A stretch of 64,000 nucleotides of DNA, from contig NC_091477.1 in NCBI RefSeq assembly GCF_036971445.1, positions 97,030,001 through 97,094,000 of the forward strand. Direction: 5' to 3'. Positions within the stretch are counted from its first letter, which is position 1. Each line of letters opens with the position of its first letter. Position numbers and translations under genes: made by a program. Below the pieces are notes generated by a model that had not been told where the DNA came from, did no database searches, and was given only the letters and a program-made list of their open reading frames with translations. Below, piece by piece: positions 48,194-61,638 of this stretch. Source of the stretch: Narcine bancroftii (Eukaryota).

Positions 48194-51100
48194 AATATCC
48201 AATGGCATTTGTATAAATGAAAAGAAAGGTTCGAAGTAAGAGTCCACTAGATGAAGTTGAAACTCATGGGATTGAAGCTAATTAATTTGCATCTAAATAA
48301 ATTGGTGATTAATGATATGCAAATTCTTGTTGGGCTTACAGCTTTACATTAAATGATTTGGATGATGGAGAGGGCTGATCGGGTGGGGGAGTAGCAATGT
48401 TCACAGAGTCGCCACTTCACTGCTCCAGAGATCCAGGCTCGTTCCTGGATCTTGGGTCCCCTCTGTGTGGCATTTGCATGCCCTCTCTGTGAGTGCGTGG
48501 ATGTCCTCTGGATGTGCTAGTTTCTTCTCGCATATCAAGAATGTAGATTGCCCTTAGTGTGGAGGTGAGTGGTGGAATCTAGGGGGACTTGATGTAATGA
48601 GGGGAGAATTAAAGAAAGCATGGGATTAATGTCGGATTAGTATAAGTGCGTGGCTGGTTGGTGTGGTCACAATGTGCTAAAGGGCTTGATTTTGTGCTGT
48701 ATGTGTTCTGATTCTATAGCTCTACAAAAAATCCACATATCCAGGTTTGCTCATGCAGCCGACTTGGACCTTGTAAGATATTTCACAGAAATATTAAATT
48801 AGAAAAATTTTAATAGATTAAACAAATAGATCAAATGGATTTCAGTACAACCAAAGTGAGGTCATCCACTTTTGACCAGAAAACAGTACTTTCTAAATGG
48901 CAAAAAGCTAAAAGCAGTGAAAAGTCAAAAACATTTGGAGCTAAGGGGAGCAGATGAATTGTCCATGTAATGCAGATTATTAAATTGTCGTGGACAAAGA
49001 CAGAATATAATCTGTTCCTGCGCCAACACTTCAATAATGTACAAGCATCACCTTGGAAGATGTGTGTCATGAGTTTATTGGAACAAAACCTGGATTCCAA
49101 GATTTAAATTTTGTGGAGCAAATGTGCAGAGTTCTGCACCTTGGAATTTAGAATAACTTGATTTCAAATTTTCAAGATATTGAGCTAAAATGTTTGGGTG
49201 GACAGAGGGAAAATAATTTCTGCTGAGGGTTGAATTGAGGAGGAACATGGTCCAGATTTCAGAAGGAGGACCTTGGAAGTGAGTCCAGAAACATTTCTGT
49301 TTGTTGTGCACAGTGGAAATTTGGAAAGGCAATGCCAAGATCAGTGGATGGCAGGACAGGGTTGAAGGGCCTAATAGCTACTTGTACTATTTCAAAGGAT
49401 AATGAGAAGATTTTTAGGAGGGTTTTTTTTGTCATATTTGGTAATATATATTTTTAAACTAGTCTCAGACTGATGAAACCTATAACTCTGAGCTTTCCAC
49501 AGATGAGCCCACTGATTCCTAATGTTCCCTTATATGGAAACGACTCTTATTGACACGTTTTGTATAAAAGGTGATGTATTGTCACCTAGGAACTCTGTTG
49601 CCAGCTGTTCAAATTTAGGAACTGGGAAGTAAAGGATCTTCCTTCTGAAGTCAGAAGAGACAAATCATATTTCTTGTGTGCAGTCAGAAGTCTAACTTAA
49701 TTTAATTGCCTTCTGCTCAAACGTATGTACGTCATCATATAACAGTATTAGTGTGTAGCTGGTCCTGACAAAAAGCAGCAGCTGTGTAGTTGAATAAGCA
49801 TTGTGCTGTAAACAAATCTGTTCTTGGCACAAATAAAAGGGCCATGTATAACATGGATGTAGATCTATCACTAATCGACTGCAGAAATAATTATGACCAG
49901 GCTCCAATCTGGTGTGGATGAAATTAATGAAATCTGAGACACAGTGGCACTTTTAGATGATGAGAAGATGCAGTGGCAAGCATGGTTGAAGGTGAATCAT
50001 GATAAAGGGAGGCAAAAAATGGTTGACATGATTGAACGTAGCATGGAAAGTGAAGTGGGTAGTTTAGAAGGTTTGGGCCTTAAATAGCATGTGGCAGGGC
50101 AGTGGCGTATAATAAACCTGTGAAGAAAATCCTTCTCTTAGTCTTTGTTGATGAATTAATTCTGTTCCTGCTCTGGATCTATTGGAAAAAGTATGAATCA
50201 TATTGACGTATCCTGCCACTTCTCTACATTTGCGGCTACTCTGCTATAACCAGGGGGATGCAGAGCCCCCATCCTGCATCAGTACAGCTGAAGTCAGGAT
50301 CTGGAGCTATAAATTAATTATGATGTTGGGTCCTTCAGAAAGTTGTTTCCCACTAATCACTATTGATAAATAGTTTCCATAAATATGGATTATGGGATTG
50401 GAGGCTAACTTTGAGCAATGCCTAATCCCCTGTATTTCTTTCATTGTGAATTAGATGCATGACGGAAACTATTTAGCACTGACAGATACATCAGATTATT
50501 GTAAAAACAGCTCAAAATTGGGATAGGTGTGGGAAGGAGGTAGTTGCAGGTCGACATTCCATGCGCTGCACAAGTTCCAGTCAACTGCATCAACTTTCAG
50601 TCAATTTAATGATGAATTATGGGTGGTTTTCCTCTGTTTTCTGCTGAAAACTAGTCTGACTTCATTCATTGATTCAGACGAAGGAACAATAGTGAACAGT
50701 AACTTGTGTTTATCAAATAGAATCCATACTGCAAAATGTTCCAAGGTATTTCAGAAGAATGCTGTCAGAATGTGTCCCCAAGCCACCTAAGGTGGTGAAG
50801 TGCAAATAACCGAAAGCTTGATAGGATTTAAAGAGAATCACAAATAATGGAGAAGAGCAAGATGAAAACATCCAGGAAGTTAATGCCAGAACTTGTAGTC
50901 TTAGCTTTTGAAAGTGTATCTGAGATCAAAGGGGTCAAGGAAAAGGTCAGAACTGCATTTAAATTGAAGAATGAGGCAGGATAAGATTTCAGGTGAAGTT
51001 GTGAGAGATTTGAAAACAAAGGTGAGATTTTTAAAACCTAGATTTTACTTAACCAAAAGCCAAGGTAGAGCTGTAGGGGAAATGAAACATTAGGATTTGC

Positions 51101-52499
51101 TGGAGGTTAGGACACAAGCAGCAAGAATCTGAGGATATCAGGTGAAGTAAGGCAGGCACAGAGTAGTGCAAACAGATGGATTTAGAGGTAGTTTAGGTAA
51201 GTGATCTAAAGTTCTACACTGGTTGCAGTAAAATTGTGAACAGTCTTGTTCTGTTTTCTATCGTGGTCAATGGAGGACATGTAGTTTGATGGCAAGACAA
51301 TGGGTTTGGTCAAATTGGTTGTGTTTCTTCTGGCTGGAACCAGAATTTGCAGTCTCAAAATCAATTATCCATTGATGACAGTGATGAGAAAAAGTTTCTT
51401 CACCCGGTGAATCTTTGGATTTTACGGCCAATTCTCATTTGGAATTTTAAAGACTTAACTATTATGCACAAAATGAGTCTATTTGGTTTCCACCCCTCTC
51501 CTCCCCCTTTCCTTTTTCTCAGGCAGCTATCTGATCTGCCACACTCCTGGAAGAGCTCAGGCCTGAAATATTGATGGCCTTTTACTTCCGATGGATTCTG
51601 CATGTCTTGCTGTGTTTCTCCGGCACTTTTGAGTACTGTGGTTATTTTATCCCTCAGATTGATGCCACTCTGAGTGCAGCAATCCCATTCCATCTCATTT
51701 TGCTGTACCATGCATGCCTATTTTTTTTGGCTGTAACCAATATTAAAGGGTAATCCACAATGGCCAATTAACATATGGATGTGAGGGGAAACCAGAATAT
51801 CCAGTAGGAAGTGAGATGGCAGTTGTTGATGATCCAAGCAAGATTGTCAGCATTGGAAGAGAAGCTATTGTTGTTGATTTATTACTTGTAACTGGATGGA
51901 TTTAGGACAGAACCTTCAACTAAAACGAATGAAATGCATTAATCCAATGTTCAATTCAATTCCTTGTTATTTGTCAAGTTTGATCATGATACCTCCGCAC
52001 ATGCTCGGGGAAAACAGAAGGTGTCCCTTTTGATTACATCTAAAGTCATTGCATTTGGAGCCCTAGTCTTGCCAGCATTAAATTGAAAACATAGCATGCT
52101 CTTTGTTTAAGTTATGAGATTCAGTTAAAGCTTACCAAAAGCAGATCATTAATGCTTTCAAGCAAGGGCAGACAGAGGCAAATGGTATTGTTGTAGAAGA
52201 TCATTACTATAATTCAGAGGAGCATGAGGTAACATGGGTGGTGTAACGAAGTGGGGGAACACACAAATAATCAGATATTAAAATAAGGGAGAATGATGAC
52301 ACGGGGGCGTCATAGATTCTGAAAGGTAGCAGGGCAGGCCAATAAGGCATGTGGGCTGAGTCCTATGTAATTTGCAGCTGTAGCAAAACATCCCTGATCA
52401 TGGAAATGCCAATTGGAACCTGTAGCAGGTTAGACAGGTGTAGAATTTTAAGGATCCTATTTAGTCCAGTGAGGAGGGGTGGAGTAGTTAAGATATGTT

Positions 52500-52900
52500 T
52501 TAAAATAGTCATAATGAGAATTTATTGTCATGAACGTGTCAAGAAATTCATTGTTTTGCAGCAGCGTCAAAGTGTAAACATTTATAGAAATCACCTTACA
52601 ACATCAATCTTTTAAAAAGTGCAAGATAAAGTCAAAGTAAGACAATGTCTGTGGTTCATCGTTCATTCAGGAATTTGAAGGCAGATGGAAAGAAGCAGCC
52701 CTTATGTCAAAGTGAAAGGCTCCAGTACCTTTTCCCTAATGGTAGCAGAATGAAGCGGGCATATTCTGGGTGGTGGGGGTCCTTGAGGATAGAGACTGAT
52801 TTCTTAAGACTCTGCCTCTTGTAGAAGTACTTGATGGAATGAAGGCTGGTGCTTGTGATGTCACAGGTCGAGTTAACAACCTTCTGGAGTTTTTTTTCTG
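52500..52900 (-). mobile_element. Rex1-like LINE 3' fragment
   Basis: KKLQKVVNSTCDITS...ILKDPHHP on minus. Confidence 0.7.
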
Positions 52901-52939
52901 TTCTGAGCATTGGGACCTCTTGCTTTGGTTTAATATTTT

Positions 52940-54673
52940 TAAAAATTTTTTTTATTTTTCACACTATGAACCATATTAACCAAAATGCACACAAACATTT
53001 CCCTCTTGAATATACACAGTGTCATTTTCTCCCCTTTCCCCCCCTCCCTTCCCTCCCTCCTTCCCACCCCTCTCCCTACCCATTAAATGTTCAACATATA
53101 CAATACAATAAACCCATTAAACAATGTAATCACACAATGAAAATAAACAAGAAAATTGTGTCATCTACTTTTACACACTGGGTCAGTTCATTTAATCTTC
53201 TTCTCATTCTGTCATTTTAGGGGGTGGAGGTCCACAGTAGGCCCTCTCTGTTGTGTTCCATGTACGGTTCCCAAATTTGTTCGAATACTGTGACATTATT
53301 TCTTAAATTATATGTTATTTTTTCCAATGGAATACATTTATTCATTTCTATGTACCATTGCTGTACTCTCAGGCTCTCTTCTGATTTCCAGGTTGATATA
53401 CATTTTTTTGCTACAGCTAAGGCTATCATAATAAATCTTTTTTGTGCTTCATCCAAATCGAGGCCTAGTTCTTTACTTCTTATATTACTTAGAAGAAAGA
53501 TCTCTGGATTTTTTGGTATGTTGCTTTTTGTGATTTTTATTAATACCTGATTTAGATCTTCCCAAAACTTTTCCACTTTCTCACATGCCCAAATTGCATG
53601 TACTGTTGTTCCAGTTTCCTTCTTAAAGTGAAAACATCTGTCTGATACTGTTGGGTCCCATTTATTTAACTTTTGGGGCGTGGTGTATAGCCTGTGTAAC
53701 CAATTATATTGTATCATGCGCAACCTCGTGTTTATTGTATTTCTCATAGTTCTGGAGCATAGCTTTTCCCATTTTTCATTTTTTATCTTTATGTTTAGAT
53801 CTTGTTCCCACTTTTGTTTGGGTCTACAGCTTATTTCATTGTTCTCTTTCTCTTGCAGCTTGATATACATGTTTGTTATAAATCTTTTAATTATCATTGT
53901 GTCTGTAATCACATATTCAAAACTGCTTCCTTCTGGTGACCTCAGTCTGCTTCCCAATTTGTCCTTTAAGTAGGTTTTCAGTTGGTGGTATGCAAACATT
54001 ATACTGTGAGTTATACCATATTTGTTCAAAAGATAATAAATTATTTCTCAAAAAACAATTTTTTATTCTTTTGATCCCTTTTCTCTCCCATTCTCTAAAG
54101 GAAAGGTTATCTATTGTGAAGGGGATTAGTTGATTTTGCATCAATAATAATTTTGGTAGTTGGTAATTTTTGTTTTTTTTCCTTTCTACGTGAATCTTCT
54201 TCCAAATATTGAACAGATGGTGCAGTACTGGTGAACTTCTATGTTGCACCAGCTTTTCATCTCACTTATAAAGTATTTGTCCTGGTACCTTCTCCCCTAT
54301 TTTATCTAGCTCTAATCTGGTAAAATCTGGTTTGATAAATATCTGATAGATATCTTAATTGTGCTGCTCTATAATAATTCTTAAAGTTTGGTAGCTGCAA
54401 ACCCCCTTGTTTGTACCATTCTGTTAATTTATCTAGCGCTATCCTCGGTTTCCCCCCTTTCCATAAGAATTTCCTTATTATTTTCTTTAGCTCATTGAAG
54501 AATTTCTCTGTTAAGGGAATTGGTAATGATTGAAATAGGTATTTTATCCTTGGGAAGATATTCATTTTAATCCAATTTACCCTTCCTAACAGTGTTAGTG
54601 GTAAATTTTTCCAATGTTCTAAGTCATCTTGTAATTTCTTCATTAATGGCTAATAATTTAATTTGTATAGATG
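52940..54673 (-). mobile_element. 5'-truncated L1/Tx1-clade LINE, relatively young
   Basis: ORF2 C-terminus (LTLLGRVNWIKMNIFPRI, QGGLQLPNFKNYYRAAQL, RCFHFKKETGTTVHAIWAC); perfect 18-bp TSD GCTTTGGTTTAATATTTT at 52922-52939 and 54674-54691. Confidence 0.92.
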
Positions 54674-55303
54674 GCTTTGGTTTAATATTTTAATGACATT
54701 TTAAAAGTACTATATTTATTTCCATTTTAATTGACACTGAAATATTTTAAAATTGTTAAAACCAATGAAGCCAGCAGAGCTTCCCTCAGATGTTTGCTAG
54801 TTGTCAAAGACTGTCATGGGTTTCCTGAGCCTTCTAAGCTCAGTCACCATCCAGAACACAGAAATGGTTGGATTCTGGGCCGCAGAGAGCAGTCAGGTGA
54901 GCAGGACTTCTGGTTTGGCTAAGGCAAGTGTAGGTGAATAGCTAGTGGTGAATCTGAATGGAAGGCACAAGGCAACACTATTTGGCCCAACACATCTTGA
55001 ATTCCAAAATGTGACAAAATAAATAATCTATTTTTTTTAAAGTTTTGTTTTTAATTTTGAAGTGTCACATAAACTAATCATAATGGAATTTTCTATCATT
55101 CGTTATTTCCAGCATTTCTAATGTGGTTTAATGCTGAGGTACATGTTTTGTATAAATGGTAATTTCTTTTAATGCCGATTGTTTATGCTGGTTTCAATAG
55201 GATATTTGACTTTCCTTTTAAAATGTACTTTTGCAATGCCTGAAGCTTAATTTATTCAGTGTGTTAATTTGCTTTTATTTTAATCCTACTTATTCCTTCT
55301 CAG

Positions 55304-55425
55304 ACCTGGAGCAGAACAAAGACTTCAACAACGAAGATTACGAATATGAAGATGAAGCTAAACTTGTTATATTTCCTGACCACTTTGAAATTCCTTTGCC
55401 AAACATAGAGGAGTTGCCAGCGCTG
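55304..55425 (+). CDS. USP13: USP13 exon 4
   Basis: (D)[40 protein letters not shown]; GTCAGT donor. Confidence 0.96.
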
Positions 55426-56799
55426 GTCAGTGAGTGTGTTCAGTAGCTGCTCTAAATCTTCCCCTTTCAAGGATGTTTTTAATGTGAGAGAGGTGGGCAA
55501 GTGGAGTTGGTTGGAGGTTACTGCTGAAGAAAGATGCACAATTCCCTTCAGCCTAATCATACGACTCTTGAGGAAGATGAACACTGGTTTACCAAAGAAT
55601 GCAATGTATAACTTGGGAAACCTTTTTAACCTAGACTTCAAAGAAAACAAAATTTATTGTTGATTTGAATATGATTTAATAAAGTATGTGTAGAGTTTCG
55701 GACTGAAATACTGTCAAAGATTTTAAATTAATGTCAATGTAACCAATTCATAACAAATTTTTAATATCAGAAATTTGTAAAGCAGGAAAAAAAATCATTG
55801 AAAATAAGATGTCTCAAACTTGATGCTAAAAGGACAGGATATTATAGAAAGGCACTTAGAAACTTTAGAAATGTTCAAGATCATCAGGCAAACTCAACCT
55901 GGTAATGTGAAAAGAAAACATGGTTGACTAATGGTTGAAGTTCTTTGAAGAAGTAAGTAAGCTTAGGGAAAGGGGAATTGGAGGATGTAAGATAGTTAGA
56001 GTCTCTGAAGCCATTTGATAAGGTGCACATCAAAGGTTATTGTGGAAAAATAAAAGCTCGCTGTGTGAAAATCCATTAACGTGAATGGAAGACTGATTAT
56101 ATAAGTAAGTAGGCATAAATCGCTTATTTGTGGTTGATATGATGTAATGAGTGGTGGGCCACAGGGATAAGTCCAGGATACATATTTAACAATCAATTTC
56201 TAAATGTGCAAATGACATAAAAACAAGTAGAAAAGTAAATCATAGGATATAAGGAAACTACAGAGTGAAAATATTTTGATCTGGGAGAGTGGAGATGCAA
56301 CACTGCTCCAGAGGAATCAACCGCCCAGTCCTAACGCTTCTGGCTCCATATAGGTGTTGTGGCCACTTAGAGGAGTTGAAAGTGTTTTTGATCTAAAAAT
56401 TCTACAACTGTGGAGGTCTGTGCCCAAGATGATGGCGCCTGTGCTCGGAAGTGGGCACGAGGGTTTATAAACTACGGGGAGCAATGGACCAGCACAGAGC
56501 ATCAGAACTGGGGAGAACACCCCTCATTGAGAAGGAGGAGCAGAGGAGAAAACCCTGCAGGATGGTAACCATGGCAGCGAACCAGGGTGGGGCTCAGCAG
56601 CTGGGACCCACACAGGCTGCAACCAACTTGCAGTGGGGGCACCCACATGACTGCAGGCTCCTGGAGACTGGCTCATAGAAACCAGTTGTTCAAATCAAAG
56701 GCACGTAGAACGGGATGAGATCAGGATTCATTTTCTTCATCCAGAGGATGGAGGATCTGCAGTGTAATGATAGAGTGCTAGCGATAATCCTGACCACTA

Positions 56800-58260
56800 T
56801 CTCAGTGAGATGTTGCCATAAACCCAAAGACTGAAGTTGAAGCTACTACACTATGTCTTTGAAGTGGTGTTCGCACCAGGGAAACTTGCTGAGTTGATGC
56901 AATATCCAGGGAAACGACTCAGAATAAAGCACACATTGAGAGTTCCACAGAGATTTATGTGAATCTCCACGTGGACCTGATCACTGAATCGCTTCCCGTA
57001 TCTGACATGAAATCCAAACAGATCGCAGCAGAAAAAGACACAATTCTACAGCAGGTCATCAAGAATCTGAATGGCCTAGAGGTGAATGTCAGCCATTCTA
57101 CAACATCAGACCTGAGCTGAGTGTTGTCAATGGGCTTCTACTCAGACAGATCAGAATTGTCATTCCTCCATCACGACAACAAGAGATGCTGAAAGCGTAC
57201 ATGAGGGGCACCTTGAAATGGAAAAATGCAAGAGGAGGGCCAGAACTGCTGTTTATTGACCAGGGATAAATGCTAACATTGACAGGATGGTTTCTAGCTG
57301 TGAGACCTGTTTGAAGCATCATGCAAAGCAGGCAAAGGAACCCATGATCAAAACTAACTTACCAGTGGAATCATGGCAGAAAGTTGGGTCTGATCTGTTC
57401 CACATGGGTGGAAAGAATTACTTGCTGGTTATTGATTATCTATCGAATTATCTGGAGATTGCACTGTTTCCTAACATGTCTGCTGCTTGTGTGATCAAAT
57501 ATATGAAATCGATCTTTGCAAGACATGGAATTCCTCAAATTGTTTACAATGACAACGGACCATGTTACAGTTTTAGAGAACTTCAGAACTTTGCAGAAGA
57601 GTATGATTTTTGACATGTGACTTCAAGTTTTCTGTATTCTCAGTCAAACAATAAAGCAGACAAAGGAGTTCACATAATTAAACAGTTGCTCAAGAAAGCA
57701 CAAGACAGTGGCTCAGATCCCTATTGAGCTCTATTGAGTTACAGACCTTCACCACTGAACATGACATGTCACTCAGTGAGCTTCTGATGGGACATAGAAT
57801 ATGCACTATGTTTCCTTACTCTGCAGACCCAAACAAGAACAGAGATGTCCAAGATTTCAAACAGAAACAAAAGCATCTGCAATGGAGGCAAAAAGAAAAC
57901 TATGACAAGTCAGCAAGAAGCTTAGGGCCACTGGCACAACATGACACAGTGAGGTTCAGAGATTCCATCATTTAGGACAAAAAGGCCACTGTTCTGGAGG
58001 AAGTAAATCCAAGATCCTACACTGTCAGGACAGAGGACGATCGAATACTGAGGAGGAATCGAAAGAGCCTGCTGAAAACGCAAGAGAAACTCCAGGAACA
58101 GACCAATGCAGAGGATCCAGCCTGCACAGCACAGAGGAAACACCACCAGTGCTAGATCAGCAGAGCCGACACAATCACCAGTGATAAGAAGATCCACATG
58201 CATTATCAAAGCACCTGACAGACTGAATCTCAAAAAGAAAAAGGACTTCACACTTAAGAA
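56800..58260 (+). mobile_element. Gypsy pol remnant (integrase region)
   Basis: VSSCETC, WQKVGSDLF, YLLVIDYLSNY, IFARHGIPQIVYNDNGP, IIKAPDRLNL. Confidence 0.88.
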
Positions 58261-58264
58261 GTTT

Positions 58265-58785
58265 AGAACCATAGAACAATTACAGCACAGAAACTGGCCA
58301 CCTCATCCCCTCCAGTGTATGCCAAACCTTTTTTTTTTTTGTTGCCTAGTCCACCCAGTCTATAACCCTCCATACCTCACCCATCCATGTACCTCTCCAA
58401 ATTCTTCTTAAATGTTAAAATTGAGCCTGCATTTACCACTTCAGCTGGAAGCTCATTCCACACTCCCAGTACTCTGTGAAGAAGTTCCTCCTCATGTTCC
58501 CCCTAAGCCTTTCCCCTTTCACCCTTAACCCACGATGCTACTTTCAGGGAATTAGGTATCTGTATTCCCAGATCCCTCTGTTCTACCGCACTCCTCAGTG
58601 CCCTACCATTTACAGTGTATGCCCTTTGGTTTGTCTTTCCAAAATGCAACACCTCACACTGGTCTGCATTAAATTCCATCTGCCATTTTTCATCCCATTT
58701 TTTACAGCTGGTCCAAATCCCTCTGCAACCTTCTTTGCTGTCCACAATACCTCCAATCTTAGTGTAATCTCCAAACTTGGTCCCA
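58265..58785 (-). mobile_element. CR1 3' fragment with internal deletion
   Basis: KWQMEFNADQCEVLHFGKTN on minus, then CR1 tail. Confidence 0.8.
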
Positions 58786-59738
58786 ATTCCTGAGCATCAT
58801 CTGTAGTCATGAACATTATTCATCTCAAGGCAAGCACAGCACTGTAGCCAGGGCAGCTAAACAGTCACTATTGGTGATTGCGATATCGATGTCCCTCACC
58901 GATCAAGTACATTTTTTGAAGTAACTGTTCAATAATGCAGGAAATTGCAAATGTGAAGTCCCCAGTACTTCATTGCTCACTAATTGCTCTCCACCCTTGT
59001 TGAAGGACACTGCTGCTCCAATCCTGTACCTAAAATGGCTATTCTGCACGTGTAACTCCAGCAAGTATCAACAAGGCATTTGACAAGTGAGAAGAGTATA
59101 GCTGAATCCAATTCCATCCATTGCCCTTCCAAAAATATCTTTTCTGAATAGTGATCAAAGGTAGAGGGAGATTGTTCATTGTAGGGATCATTTGGTCAGT
59201 CAAACCACTAACAAATTTTGAATACAACAGATTCACAATAGGCTCCTGTTAAAATTGAAAGCTGAGGGGAATATACAGGAACACTTAATTCCCTAATCAT
59301 TTTGCTCTTTCCTTTTCCTTCAAGAGAAACTAAAACTAATGGCATCATTCTTTGCTGAACCTGAATATTTTGTTGAAACAAATCTGAGAATATCTCATGC
59401 TTGTTGTTTCTCTCTGGCTAAGCTTCGTATCTGGGCAAACTATCATATTTAGACAGTGGCTGATTGGAGCGTTTTGCACCATTTGATATTCAATGAAGAA
59501 TGTCTCAGCATGTCTGACTAGCTGGCATTGTTAAAGCTGTTGCTTCATCAAGAATTGCTTTGCTAAGGGGGAATTTTCTTTTACAAAGGTATATGTTAAA
59601 TGTGGATAGAAATCTGTGGTGTACTAATAAATGTTTTAGTTGCATGGTCATTTATTTTGAGCAGCTTTGATAAATAATCATTTCAACCTTGTATTTCATG
59701 TTAATATATGAACCTCTTGTTCAATCTCACCATTCCAG

Positions 59739-59881
59739 GTGACAATAGCATGTGATGCAGTCCTAGCTGCGAAATCTCCATATGGCAAACAAGATTCTGA
59801 ATCCTGGGAAGAAGAGCTTAAGCATTCAAAACATGAAGACAACCTCCAACAACTGGACAATGGAGTCCGAATCCCGCCCAG
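59739..59881 (+). CDS. USP13: USP13 exon 5
   Basis: [47 protein letters not shown](S); AG|GTCAAT donor. Confidence 0.95.
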
Positions 59882-60542
59882 GTCAATGTCCTTCTCTGCT
59901 CCAAAAACAGTGATATGATTCAACCACTTGTCCTTTTATTCCTTCCGACCTGAATATTGTTCAGATGTTGAGAACAATATTCCGGACTTAATGAAATAAT
60001 AGGTTGATTAAAAAAAAATCATTTAATTCTTTAGAACAATTTCTTCTTTTAATTGTAGTTAGTGAAATACAAAAAAAAAGTGACTTCCTAACCACAAAAC
60101 GCCTGAATATATTATAGCCATTGTAATAACAAACCAAAGAATATAAATGTAATGCTTTGGGATTACTTGGCCAAGTAAAAATGCATTTTTATGAACACCA
60201 GTAAACTAAAAATGCTGTTACTTTTACATGGACGTAAGACAAAATAATGCTGATGTGTGAGATCTAAAATAAGTGCAAATCACACTAAAGATATTCATCA
60301 AGTTGAGCAGCATTTGTGGAGAGAAAGAAAAAAGGGGAGATGGTAGGGACATTTTAAGTTGATAATTTTTCAATGGGACAATGTTCCACTGTTGGTGATG
60401 TAAAGCTTTATATAGTATTGAATAGCAGTATTACTAGGCTCTGAAATCTTCTTTGATTTTTGACATTTATTTACTTGAACTGGGGAACTGCAGAATAGTA
60501 AAAATAATTACCACTTTATTAATGGGGAGAAATAATTCCTTC

Positions 60543-61447
60543 AAGATACTAAGATAGGTGGAATAGTGGATAATGAAGAAGGTTTTCAAGGATTTCAGAG
60601 GGATTTGGGCTGCTTAGAAAAGTGGGCTGAAAAATGGCAGATGAAATTTAATGCTGATAAGTGTGAGGTGCTTCATTTTGGTAAGAAGAATCAGAATAGG
60701 ACGTACGTGGTAAATGGGAGAGCATTGAGGAATACAGAAGAGCAGAAAGATTTAGGAGTGACGGTACATCGTTCCCTGAAGGTAGAAACTCACGTGAATA
60801 GGGTGGTGAAGAAGGCTTTTAGTATGCTGGCCTTTATCAATCATTGCATGGAATATAGGAGTTGGGAGGTGATGTTGAGATTGTATAAGACGTTGGTGCG
60901 GCCTAATTTGGAGTTCTGTGTGCAGTTCTGGTCGCCTAATTATAGGAAGGATATAAACAGAGTGGAGAGAGTGCAGAGAAGGTTGACCAGAATGTTACCT
61001 GGGTTTAAGCATCTAGAGTATAGGGAGAGATTGGACAGATTAGGTCTTTATTCTTTGGAGCGTAGAAGGTTGAGAGGGGATTTGATAGAAGTATTTAAGA
61101 TTATGAAAGGGATAGACAGAGTGGATGTGGATAGACTATTTCCGTTAAGAGGAGGAAAGATTAAAACAAGAGGACATGAGTTAAGAATTAAGGGGCAGAG
61201 GTTTAGAGGTAACATGAGGGGGAACTTCTTTACTCAGAGAGTGGTAGCCGTGTGGAATGATCTTCCAGGAGCAATAGTGGCGGCTGAGTCAATTGTATTA
61301 TTTAAGAAAAGGTTGGACAGGTATATGGATGAGAAGAAGATGGAGGGTTATGGGCATTGTGCAGGGAGGTGGGACTAGAAAGGGGTGTTTGGTTCGGTGC
61401 GGACTAGAAGGGCCTAATGGCCTGTTTCCGTGCTGTAATTGTTATGT
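60543..61447 (+). mobile_element. Young 5'-truncated CR1 LINE with an uninterrupted 270-aa ORF2 C-terminus
   Basis: WQMKFNADKCEVLHFG, LVRPNLEFCVQFWSP, LGLYSLERRRLRGDLIEVFK, FFTQRVV; CR1 3' UTR GGGCCTAATGGCCTGTTTCCGTGCTG. Confidence 0.93.
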
Positions 61448-61638
61448 TAATTTCTTGTTTGATAAGTTTTTATTGAAGAGATAAGAATGTAATGTGCCAT
61501 CCTAAGTTCCACAGTTATATACGCCTTTCATATCATACTATTTCTGTCATTATTGAATTATTTTTATGAAACAAGAAAGATGAATGTTAAGTCTAATACT
61601 TTCTTGTCATTCATCTGCTTTTTTACAATTTCTAACAG

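Noticed and set aside
53217-54029. 270-aa ORF as a nested host gene
   Set aside because: It is the L1/Tx1 ORF2 C-terminus inside a TSD-bounded insertion
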